The notes below the pieces were generated by a model that made no database searches, was not told the origin of the DNA, and saw nothing but the letters and a program-made list of their open reading frames with translations. From NCBI GenBank assembly GCA_032718475.1, contig JAUCBJ010002509.1:1-41869 (forward strand): 41,869 bases of DNA. The letters are read 5' to 3'. Source of the stretch: Nemertoderma westbladi. Taxonomy: Eukaryota; Animalia; Xenacoelomorpha. A program made the position numbers and the translations under genes. Positions 20,647-31,349 of the stretch are shown piece by piece (the stretch's first letter is position 1; every line of letters begins with the position of its first letter).

Positions 20647-22627
20647 TGTCACTCCCATCCTGTGAGCAATTGTACATACAGTCGTTTACTACGCCTTGCA
20701 ACCCATAGATGGCGCTAGGCTAGTATTATCATTAGATTTCTTGCTGTAGTACTGTACACCATGCCCTACATGAAGCCACGGCCCTACTATAGTTGGTGTA
20801 CCGGTACCATATATTATATGCGATATATGCATGATACATGGCGCAGTAATGTGTAGGATCCCCCTAGCAGTTCCCTGAACTCATCCTCCCTCCCGCAGCA
20901 CTAGTAAATAGGGATTGAAACACACCGGACCATCACAGGTGCCTCATGTCCTTCACTGGTTCCTTCCCTCCCCACTAAACTCATCCGGGACTGATAAGGA
21001 TTTTTCCTCTCCCCGATGCCATGCAAGAAACCATAGCGAGACTGCAGTGATTCCAACATGGATGAGGCTTGAGACGATGGCCCATGCCGGCCGGCCCATG
21101 CCGCGCCCCATGCAACCAACCCACTGAACTCGCGTCGCTTAATCGACACCTCTTCGATGGACAAAGTGGACTGTGAGATGTCCTATGCCACCTACCGACG
21201 GTGGTGCGCCGCCTGGCAGGTGAACTGCCAGCACTAACAGGTTGACACCTACCCTGACAGACTCAGGTCTACTCCCTCCTCGCAGCGCTCAGGATGGCGA
21301 TACAGTAAATGATCTGGGATACCCTCTGGATCGAAATAAATGACCCGAATATGGACATGGCACTCATCCTCGACGCAATCCAAACTCACCTTTGGGACAA
21401 AAGATACGTTGCGGTGGATCGGATCGCCTTCCACTGCCGCATCCAGCATGCAAACAAATCCTTTGACTCGTTCCGCGTCGTGCTGGAGGAGCTGGCCGAT
21501 GACACGCGGCTCTGCGAGCACTGCCGCAATGACCAGTTCGTAATGCAGATCCTCATCGGTATCCGCGATGAGGAGACCCAACGCAATCTCTTGGAGATCC
21601 TACCCCAACCAATGCTGGATCAATGCGTGACAATGTGCCAAACATTCAAGGCTAGCGGACGGAATGATGCCGTCCTCGGCTCGGGAGTGATCTCGAAACT
21701 CTCCCAATATAAAACAGATAAACGGGCCTCGACAGAGTCCCAATGGGAATGAACGAGGTTGCCATCGCCGCAATGACCACTGCAAACAGCGGAATCTCAG
21801 TGCACTCCCCAAGCCACGGTCGCAATTGCGCGAACACGAAGTTGGGTGCGAACTGCAGGCATTGACATCCGGTGGGGATATACAACTGCCCCACCCACGG
21901 GTCAACCTGCAGTGGATGCAGCAAGACAGGCCATTTCCGGAACGTCTGCCAGTCCACACCACCAACCTGCGACCCCGAACCCAGCGGACTGAACTCGGTA
22001 TTTGTCAACAAACTAAACCAGTGCGACTACTGTGGGACAACCTGCTCTTTGAAAAACATTACCGTTAAACTATCTCTCCCGGGGGGCGCTGATTTGGGAT
22101 CCATCGCACACACGCTCCCAGACAAGGGAGCAGCCGCCACCATCATTAATGAACAGTTGTTATACCAGAGCGGAGGCCAATGCAAGGATGTATCAATGTC
22201 CCACAACATCGGCCTACTCACGGCTGACAACCTCCCTCTCACTACAGAAGGGCAGGCATCGATCCGCATCGACTATGGGACACAGAGCCATACGAGCGAC
22301 ATTGTCTTGTCACCCGAGGTCGATGGGTTAATTCTCTTCCTCGCGGCCTGCCAGGCATTGGGAATCTTTCCCTATGAGTTTCCCCAGCAAATCGCCTCCC
22401 TTCCTCGTGCAGTGGTCTCACCCTCCCACGAATCGAACCCCATAGCGCTCACCAAACCCAGCAAGGATGATGCCGACTTCCAGACCGCAATCTCAGAGAG
22501 ATTCGCGGACGTGTTCGACGAGCGAACTGGCTTCCTCCCATGTATGGTGGGCCCCCCATGCATATTTCCCTCATGCCCAACGCGGTCTGATTCTACGTCA
22601 ATGGCCCGAGTGTTTTTCCGACATCAA
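20647..22627 (+). mobile_element. Truncated, degenerate Ty3/Gypsy (Mag-like) LTR retrotransposon: LTR end, PBS, gag, protease
   Basis: Gag-like DRIAFHCRIQHANKSFDSF...GIRDEETQRNLL; Zn knuckle CSGCSKTGHFRNVC; mutated protease LPDKGAAATII; FADVFD linker before the missing RT; stops and frameshifts. 5' LTR start is a guess. Confidence 0.8.
20839..20860 (+). promoter_or_regulatory. Primer binding site (tRNA-Ser-like)
   Basis: ...ATACA followed directly by TGGCGCAGTAATGTGTAGGATC, upstream of the gag region. Confidence 0.65.
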
Positions 22628-22629
22628 CC

Positions 22630-24635
22630 ATGATCCCTTCTGAGTGTGTGTTCTGTGTACCGCCTTCATGTCCTTCTTGTCGGGATATTACTGTATTATG
22701 GCTCTGTGCGCCCTTTTCTTGCTCTCGTCTGTTGCTGCCAGGATTCTGTGCCATACTACTACTATGATCGGCATGCTGCATTGCAGCTGCATTTTTAAGA
22801 ATGCTGTGCCGGCTTGTCAACAAAATTGCACCGCCACAACTCCCTATCACCCATGACATTTGCTAGATCATCCGCTTCTTCAAGGCCAGTGTCCTTTAGG
22901 ATGCGTCTCAAGAAAGTCATGGGCTGTCCACCATGTTTATTCACGCCATGAGGCTGCCAAAGTACAAGATTATGCACTGGCTGGTCCTCACGGCGAAAGC
23001 AATGTCCTGCAAAGCGGAGGCGATTTTGTTCTAGTGTTAAGCTTGGGGGAACCAATGAGACACCTCCAATGTTATATAGTGTCTGGTTGGAGATGTGTGC
23101 ATTGTACTTGACACAATGAACCCGGCGTAGCATTCTTGTGAATGTGCCATCCAGAGATTTGGTGTCCTCAGCAGTTAGAGCCCAGCATGGACTCCCGTAG
23201 AGGAGTACTGGAACTACTGCTGCTCTAAATAATCGGACCTTAAGTTTCCGATTAATTCTCGGTGACTTCCAAATCCTGGAAAGCCTGTTCAAGGCTGCCC
23301 ATGCCTTTCCCTTACGTATTCGAAGGTCCTCACCTGACTTCCGGATCCATGATCCCAGGTAACAGAAGTCGTCCACATGCTCAAGCATACCATCCTTTGA
23401 GCTTATGCTCATCCGATCAGAGACTTGCTGAGGACTTTCAAAGTTAACTGTCAGAATTTTGGTCTTTCTGGAGTTAATAAAAAGACCAACACTAGAAGCA
23501 GCATGTTCTAATGAGCTGAGGAGCCGTTGGGCTCCCTCTAATGATTCTGAGAGTACTCCTAAGTCATCAGCAAAGTCTAGATCAGTTAGGTACTTGGCAG
23601 GATTTCCTCGACTTCTGGAGCCAGTAGGTGGAGTTATCATCACCCCATCATCATTATAATGATCTAAGGACATGCGTAGAACATAGTCAACCACAATAAT
23701 GAACAAAAATGGTGCAAGTGTGTCTCCTTGGAGGACGCCCCATAACACTTCAAATGGTTCTGTGTCACCGTCAACAGTAGACACAAATGTTGTCGAACCA
23801 TCGTATACTGATCTGATTGCTGCAATAATTTCATCAGGAATCCCATATAATGAAAGTATGCTGAACATACGTGAGCGAGAGACTGAATCAAAGGCCTTGA
23901 AGAAGTCAACAAAGATAACAGCCAGATGCCTGTCTTTCTTTTTTGATAACTCTTCAATTATCCTTCTAAGTGCCAAAATGGGCTCCATGGTCCCACGACC
24001 TTTACGGAACCCATTCTGATTTCCACGGAGCAGTCTCTCAATGGGATCCCTGATGCGATTTAATAGAATCCTATTGTATAGCTTTGCAGCAATCGAGATC
24101 AATGAGATTCCCCGAAAAGAACCATAGAGTGTTAGGTTGCCCTTCTTGGGAACTGGCACCAACTTATTTGTTTTCATTTCTTGTCGGACTCTTGTTGTTC
24201 GGTACATGTCTACTATGATGGGATAGATGAGCTTTAAACACTCAGGTATTTTAAAGACCTCAGGGGGAACACCATCTACTCCACTGGCACGATTGGTCTT
24301 AATGCTCTTTGCAGCAGCCTTCACTTCTGCAAAGGAGATATCGCCAATGGGAATATCTGGGAGTACAGACTCAGACACTTTTACTTCTATAAAGTTATCA
24401 GGCAATACCCTGTCATTATTGAGGAGCTTTTCAAAGTGGGCTTTCCAACCATTGAGGCGATCGGCTGGTGATTCAGCCTTAACCTTGGTGGTTGGTTGGC
24501 TTTTCCGCCCAGTAAGTAGATTGATCGATTTCCATGCCTGTGCCATTGTATGTCCTAGTGTATGTCCACTGTATGGCCTAGTCTGATGTTATCCTGGCCA
24601 CTTCCTGTGCATCTTGTTCCTGGATTCCAGTAGTC
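22630..24635 (-). mobile_element. 5'-truncated RTE-clade LINE
   Basis: RT ORF plus short 3' UTR; abuts the broken end of the Gypsy fragment. Boundaries approximate. Confidence 0.85.
22795..24546 (-). CDS. RTE reverse transcriptase (endonuclease missing)
   Basis: RGISL, QNGFRKGR, DFFKAFDSV, GVLQGDTLAPFLF, DFADD, YLGS, LLYGS, RLRFAGHC. Confidence 0.93.
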   Translation of the reverse strand: MAQAWKSINLLTGRKSQPTTKVKAESPADRLNGWKAHFEKLLNNDRVLPDNFIEVKVSESVLPDIPIGDISFAEVKAAAKSIKTNRASGVDGVPPEVFKIPECLKLIYPIIVDMYRTTRVRQEMKTNKLVPVPKKGNLTLYGSFRGISLISIAAKLYNRILLNRIRDPIERLLRGNQNGFRKGRGTMEPILALRRIIEELSKKKDRHLAVIFVDFFKAFDSVSRSRMFSILSLYGIPDEIIAAIRSVYDGSTTFVSTVDGDTEPFEVLWGVLQGDTLAPFLFIIVVDYVLRMSLDHYNDDGVMITPPTGSRSRGNPAKYLTDLDFADDLGVLSESLEGAQRLLSSLEHAASSVGLFINSRKTKILTVNFESPQQVSDRMSISSKDGMLEHVDDFCYLGSWIRKSGEDLRIRKGKAWAALNRLSRIWKSPRINRKLKVRLFRAAVVPVLLYGSPCWALTAEDTKSLDGTFTRMLRRVHCVKYNAHISNQTLYNIGGVSLVPPSLTLEQNRLRFAGHCFRREDQPVHNLVLWQPHGVNKHGGQPMTFLRRILKDTGLEEADDLANVMGDRELWRCNFVDKPAQHS

Positions 24636-25281
24636 AGTCATACCTGGAATGATTTACTTATATTCTGCTTACCTCCAGAAGCCGCTCTATCTACTTTCAC
24701 ACCATTGGCTGTATTATTATTTTTATTAGAATCCCTATTATCTTGTCTACAACAGTCGATTATCTTTTGTTCTGTCAGTATTATTTTATTATATAAATTT
24801 TTTATTTTTAATTCAGTCATTTTATTTAATCAGTCACATTTATTTGATCTTTCACACCCATTCTTTACTGAATTGACTTGACTGGGAGATGCTCCAATAC
24901 TGCGTAACTCCATAGACCACTTTTGTTCTATCTGGCTATTTTTTTTTATTTTTTTAGCCTTTTATGGAATTCTCTATGATTTTCCTCGCCCTTTAATTCA
25001 TTTTCACTCTCCCTTTCCACCTTTTTACGCTCTCTTTCACATTATCTTTGCTCTCTCATCAACTTTACTTTCCTCAAACTCTCTTAGGACTTCATCCTAC
25101 TCTGTTTTTGTTATCTCCAATGGCATATATTGCGCTAATGTCTGTGCCTTCCTATGTCTTACTATCGATGACATCATGGATCTCATAGAGATACCACTAC
25201 ATGTACCTTTACCCTGTACCATGTAGCCTTTAGCCTTTACTGTGTACCTGTAATTTTATTCCTGTTGATTTCATGGAATCC

Positions 25282-25806
25282 TCAGTATTTACATTCTCTC
25301 GATGCGTGGTCATTGACTTCCTGCTCCGCATTTTGCTTATCCTTGGTTGCGCGCACTAAAAACAGCCCTACTAAAACATACCATAAAATTAATCCTCTAC
25401 TACTAACTGTCTTTATGCCTTCATACAACCTGGTGGCTAGTCCCTCAGCCATTTTTGCTTCTTCCATCTTTCCTAAATGTTGTAATATCGTAGAAATCCT
25501 CATTGTCATCATCGTCATTGGATCAGGACTGCGTTGCATTCGAGCAGGGTTGGCTGGCCAAACATTTGCGAGGTATTCGCGGATCATCTTTTCTGGTTCT
25601 GGTGTCCGATCGGACACACTGGGCCAAACATTTGACACCTCCTCTTCGTGGACTGTGGTCACCAGGATGTTGATATCCTCCTGGGACGCCCTGCCAGATT
25701 CTGCTATCTTCCCCTCTTCTAGCAGCAATTTGTCCTTGCCTTTGATGATGGATGTGATGGGTATCACAGCCCGACTTGATCTCTGGCTTATCAGCCTGTA
25801 CAGCAC
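25282..25806 (-). CDS. Unassigned 174-aa ORF
   Basis: Open frame in a GC-richer patch, with a non-ATG start and no recognised motif; the opposite strand is also open. Confidence 0.25.
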   Translation of the reverse strand: MLYRLISQRSSRAVIPITSIIKGKDKLLLEEGKIAESGRASQEDINILVTTVHEEEVSNVWPSVSDRTPEPEKMIREYLANVWPANPARMQRSPDPMTMMTMRISTILQHLGKMEEAKMAEGLATRLYEGIKTVSSRGLILWYVLVGLFLVRATKDKQNAEQEVNDHASRECKY

Positions 25807-25996
25807 TTAATTCATCCCCCCCCCATTTGGCTCCCCACTGTGGAGCTCATTGGTGTGATGATTTTCATTTTACATCTGCTGGTGTTGTCGCAAAGTTATT
25901 ACTGTTGTGGGATCTATGTCGTTGAATGGAATGAGTTGCTAGGGTACTAGATACCAAGCGGAGGTGGTAATACGGTGAGGTATTACTGATCAAAGC

Positions 25997-25998
<2 letters not shown>

Positions 25999-26067
<69 letters not shown>
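25999..26067. repeat. (AAT)n microsatellite, the 3' tail of the L2 LINE
   Basis: About 23 AAT units next to the LINE 3' hairpin. Confidence 0.95.
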
Positions 26068-26068
<1 letters not shown>

Positions 26069-26193
26069 TATATTTATATAGCGCCTTTCTGAACATATTT
26101 CAAGGCGCTTAAAAACTATTTGAAACCAACTAAAAAGGCTACGTACAGAGAATTAATTAATAACTAAAAAGTTTGAACAATATTAAATAAAAA

Positions 26194-29100
26194 TCAGCAA
26201 TATTCCTCTTTGTACAGGTGAGTTTTGAGTCGCGATTTAAACAGAGTCAGCGTCGTGGCATCTCTAACTTCTTGCGGGAGGGAGTTCCAGATTGTTGGTG
26301 CCGCAATTGAGAACGCCCGTCTCCCGTAATTATGCAAGTAAAACTGCGGTACAAATAGAAGTCCCTTATCAGCAGACCGTAATTGTCGTGGAGGTACATA
26401 GGGAGTTATTAAATGGGTCAAGTAGGCAGGAGCAGCACCATGTAAACACTTGAATGTCAACAAAGCTATTTTAAATTTGATCCGTAAATTTACAGGTAAC
26501 CAATGCAAACGTTTAAGGACTGGAGTGATGTGCTCTTGTTTCTTAACGCCCTCTAGCAGTCGCGCTGCGGAATTCTGTACATATTGTAATTTTTTGATTG
26601 ACTTCGAGGGTAATCCATAATATAATGAGTTGTTGCTGTCGAGTTTGTTTGTGACAAAGGCGTGAATTAAGATTTCAAGGTCATGTCTGCTGAGGTACCG
26701 TTTAATTTTAGCCAAACTTCGAAGATGAAGAAATGCATCTCGGACCGTTGTACTTATTTGATTGCTGTATGTCAGATTTGAATCCACGATGAAACCTATA
26801 TTACGTGCCTTGTCGCTGCAGCTGATCAGGTCATCCCCTATTTGTATGTTAGGGGGCGTTAGTTGTTTACCGAAACGGGACTGCAGAAGGATAATCTCCG
26901 TTTTATCTGAGTTCATTTTCAATAAATTATCTTCCATCCACTTCTTTACATCGGCCACGCAACGTTCAGTCACCTCAACAGCGACGGACGAATTAATAGG
27001 TTTAAAACTAATGTATAGCTGTGTATCGTCCGCGTACAAATGATACGAGAGGCCGTGGTTGCGAATAACATTTGAAAGCGAACGAGTGTATATCGAAAAT
27101 AATATAGGCCCAAGTACCGATCCTTGTGGCAGCCCGTACAGCAAATCCAACCGGTTCGAATATTTTGCATTAATGCGAACCTGTTGTGACCTATTCGACA
27201 AGTACGATCTGAACCAGTCCAGGGCGATTCCCTCAACCCCGATTTCTCGATCTAGAGTGTCCAACAGTTTAACGTGGTCGACCGTGTCGAAGGCAGCACT
27301 AAGGTCTAATAAGACGAGAAGTACTCCCGATCCCGAATCGATTTTGCGTAATATGTCGTCGCTTACCTTAAGCAACGCGGTCTCCGTTCCGTGTAAGGGT
27401 CTGTACGCGCTCTGTAAAGGTTCATACAATTTATTTATGTTCATATGAGTCATCAGCTGGTTTGCAATCACCCTTTCTGTTAACTTTGCTAAATATATCA
27501 GATTAGACACCGGCCTAAAGTTCCTAAGTATCTCAGGGTTTAATCGTGCTTTCTTTATGACTGGTGTTAACACAGCTTCCTTGAATAGAGTCGGCACAGT
27601 AGCAGTTGTAATTGATAAATTAATAATTAACATAATCACTGGTAGCAACAATTTTATTGAATGTTTTACTAATTGCGTGGGAATCGGATCCATGGTACTA
27701 GATTTAGATTTTGAGTTCTTTATTAGCTTTTCTGCCTCATCCATTGTTATTTTATTAAAGTGTTCCAATTTGGGAATATTGTTTCCTTTACCGTTGGTTG
27801 CGCCCCCCATACCCGTAGGAACGCCCAGTCCCGTAGCGCCCCCCGTAGGAATGCCTAGGTTAGTTGCGCACCCCGTAGGAATGCCCAGTCCCGTAGCGGC
27901 CCCCGTATGAATGCCCAGTTCAGTAGCCCCCCCCCATAGGAGCGCCCAGTCCAGTAACACCCCCCGTAGGAATGCCCAGGTTGGTTGCGCCCCCCATAGG
28001 AACGCCCAGTTCACTAGCGCCCCCTGTAGGAACACCCAGATCCGATGCTTCACCCGTAAGAATGCCCAGGTCAGATGGTCCCCCAATAGGAATGCCCAGT
28101 TCAGATGAGCCCCCCGTAGGAACGCCCAGTCCAGTTGCACCCCCCGTAGAAACACCCAGTCCAGCAGCACCCCCTGTAGGAATGCCCAGGTCAGATGCTC
28201 CCCCCGTAGGAACGCCCTGGTCGGATGATTCCCCTGTAGGAGCGCCCAGTCCAGTATCACCCCCCGTAGGAATGCCCAATTCAGTAGCGCCCCCCGTAGG
28301 AACACCCAGTTTGATAGCGCCCTCCGTAGGAGCCCCCAGATCATCAACGCCCCGTGAAGTAGAACCGCCATTTCCAGATAATAAGTCATATCTAATATCC
28401 TTTATTTTCTTGTCAAAGAATTCCATAAACCTGTTCGCCAACTTTTCATCATCCTCGTGTGAAGGCAATGTACTTTTGTTTTTACGATAAAGTATTTTGG
28501 CAGCCACTGAAAATAGTTTTCGTTGATCACCTGCATTATTCTTTATAATGTTACTATAATATGTCTCTTTTGCTGACGCTATGGTATTGGCAACCACCGT
28601 GCACTGTAGGCGATAGGCGATACAATCAGCACAGATATTCGTCTTTCGATATCGGCGCTCCAATCTTCTGCGTTTTCTTTTTGCGTCGTTAATCTCATCA
28701 GTGTACCAATTTGCCTTCGGCCTCATGGAAACAGTTTTTGTTTGTAATGGGGCGTGTTTATCGAGTATGTTCATTAGGTTATCATTATACATTTTAATAA
28801 CTCCATTAATATCACCAGAAGGAGAGTCGCATACTGGTGAATGTTTTAAATCCTCCAAAAACAGATTACCGTTTATTTTACTTATATTTCGGTAACTTAT
28901 TGTCTGTGATATATCGGCTGGTTTAGTGAAATTCAAGTTAAAGTAGACTGCAAAGTGGTCGGATAAACCTATATTTCGTACAAAAACGTTGCAAACGATA
29001 TTCTGGTCGTCAGTGTGTACTAGCACCAGATCTAGTGTATGGCCCTTTATGTGGGTTGGTTGATTTACTAACTGTACCAATCCAAAGCAATTTAAAATGT

Positions 29101-29641
29101 CAAGAAACTCGGCGGCATCCTTGTTATCGCAGACATCAACATGAAAGTTAAAATCACCCAATAATAGTATTCTACCCGGAAGAACTATAATGTGCTGCAG
29201 AAACTCAGCGAATTGTTCAAAGAATAATGCTGCAGTGAGTCCGTTTTTAGGCGAAGGGCAGGTGCGGTACAATATAATAAGCCTAATAACAGATCCAAGT
29301 TGGGTGAATGTTAATTCAATATATTCAAATGTAGAATACACAAACTCACTAGCGGCACACGTTTTTAATTTGAGACACCGTTTGAAAACACAAGCTACTC
29401 CTCCACCTCTCGTGGTTGTTCTAGGATTGTGTTCTATAACGTATCCTTTAGGACATATTTCGTTTGTTACTTGGTTATCGCTCTCATCACCCTTTAACCA
29501 CGCTTCCGTTATCGCAAGGATGTCTATTCTATCATCTACAATGTGATCTTTAATAATTGCCGCTTTGTTATTAATGGATCGAGCATTATACAAACATACA
29601 GCAGTGTATTTCGGTTCAAGATGGTTCGAGTTCATGCTCAT
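26194..29641 (-). CDS. L2 ORF2 (AP endonuclease, repeat linker, RT), split by one +1 indel at 27927-27935
   Basis: APE motifs YNARSI, AITEAWL, RGGGVA, LGDFN, GHTLDLV, SDH. RT motifs QSAYR, LDLSAAFDTVDH, GLPQGSVLGP, YADDTQ, LHWLP. Span is 3448 bp; removing one C gives 1148 aa. Confidence 0.88.
27790..28345 (-). repeat. 30-bp coding VNTR, ~18 units, (LGxPTGGAxx)n
   Basis: Recurrent ccccgtaggaa(t/c)gcccag on the plus strand at 30-bp spacing. Confidence 0.95.
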
Positions 29642-30400
29642 CGGGATGGTTGGTTGTCAATCAGTCTTTGTAACTAGGTCCTCAAAGCTCTGCCGAGTGC
29701 GAGATTGCTGTTCACTATTTGAGTGGGCGTTTGGAGAGGGGTTGGTGAGATCAACTATTTGGTGAGCTGTTGTTGTCGCGTCGTGGTCAGCCTGCGATGA
29801 CGGAGTAGTGATATCTGCCGGACCATTTGACGGTTTGACCATAACAGACTTACTCCTATGAATTGTGCTCCGTGGACTCTCTACTACCGACCCTTTATTT
29901 ATTACCCAGTATTTATTTACTGTGTCTCCATAGCGAAAAATTTCAACCTACCCTATTGGGGAATTTTCCGATATGGAGAGTATTATCACTGCTGTTCTAA
30001 TACATGTTTCGTTTCGTTAAATTTTTCGTTTCGTTTCTTTAAATTAAAAAGAAATTAATCATTATGATATAAATGTAATATATAATATATAAAAATAATT
30101 AAAAAATTATTAATAATAATAATAAATGGTATGCTCCATAATTGTTGTAATGTAAACAGAGTAAATTATTTCCGTCAATAAAGCTCAACCTTTTTGCCTA
30201 CCAGTTCCCGGCACCACTGCAATGCAAGAGCCTAGGGCGGACTACAGTAGAACTGTAATAAGGCATCAAGGCAATACTGAAAGTAAATTGCTAGGAACAT
30301 ATATACATACACAATACAATAGAGCGACTGGTATACTTAGGGCATTTCACCTGCCGGGACGTTACCTGATACCAGAAAACTACCTGCTGGGTCATTTTTT

Positions 30401-30469
30401 GTGCTCGTTTCAGCTCGTTTCGTGGTCGTTTCAGGCCGTTTCAGGTCGTTTTCTATTTTAGTATGTACC
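30401..30469. mobile_element. Single terminus of a foldback/MULE-like element with ~10-bp repeats
   Basis: Reverse strand GGTACATACTAAAATAG followed by five GAAACGACCT-like units; resembles terminus GGTACATGCTAAAAAGTAG of 35485-36231. Confidence 0.55.
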
Positions 30470-30700
30470 GTAAACATGGCATTGAATAAAATAATATATA
30501 TAATACGATATTTGTTTAGAAGTTTGAAAAATGAGGAAGCACGTCACCGGCACACCGGGGGTTTAATCAGGCCTCTTCAGTAGCGCAACAGTTCAACCAC
30601 CAACCACCTGACACGGTCTTGCATATTTAAACTACTTATATATATCTTAGGTTGCATCTCCTTTAACTAACAGCTAGCTGATCTACCGACCTCAAGTACT

Positions 30701-31219
30701 GTGGGGCGAGCCACGAAGTTGGCGGAGCCTTAGCGAATTGACACTGTTAGGGGGTGGGTCAATTTATGCAAATAGTTGTCGTCGTCGTCGTCGTCGTTGT
30801 CGTCGTCGTCGTCGTCGTTGTCGTTGTCGTCGTCGTCGTCGTTACGATTTTGACATGCTAATAACTTTGTCGGATTTAAAGCTGCCAAGTTGAAAATTTG
30901 TAGGTATCAATATGAGCAAAAGTTGAGATTTTTGAGAGACTTTCAGACACCATCAGTGCAATGGTCTCCCGCTAGAGGGCCACATGTCTAAACATTAAAT
31001 GCCCTCCCATTTCTTTGCTTTTAATCCGTTTAAGCTGAAACTTGGCAGATATGTATTAGACCATTAGCTGTGACTTTCAAAGGAGGCGAATCCATCTGCA
31101 GTTCTCCAGTCTGCCGCTAGAGGGCCAACGTGACTATTTGCATAAATTGACCTACCCCCTAACAGTGTCAATTCGCTAAGGCTCTGCCAACTTCGTGCTG
31201 CGCGAAGTCCCCACTTCGT
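30701..31219 (+). mobile_element. Non-autonomous Helentron/HINE-like element, short copy
   Basis: Absent from the paralog (aagtact|gtacag). Starts GTGGGGCGAGCCACGAAG; (GTC)n microsatellite; one core unit; ~63-bp subterminal inverted repeat; 3' hairpin CGAAGT-CCCC-ACTTCG. Superfamily is inferred. Confidence 0.75.
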
Positions 31220-31349
31220 GTACAGTAAGTATGTTAGTGTAAAACAGGAGGTGTAGGCCTAATGATTATTGTGCTGGCGCAACTGACAATCAGCATTTAT
31301 ATTTACCACAATATTGTTTATAGAGAGAGAGAATTCCCATTTTACAGTT

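Larger units (their letters stand above)
25999..29850 (-). mobile_element. L2/CR1-group LINE with near-complete ORF2
   Basis: APE plus RT. Minus-strand 3' end AAGCGCCTTGA...AAAGGCGCTATATAAAT followed by (ATT)n, typical of L2-type tails. 5' boundary approximate. Confidence 0.9.
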
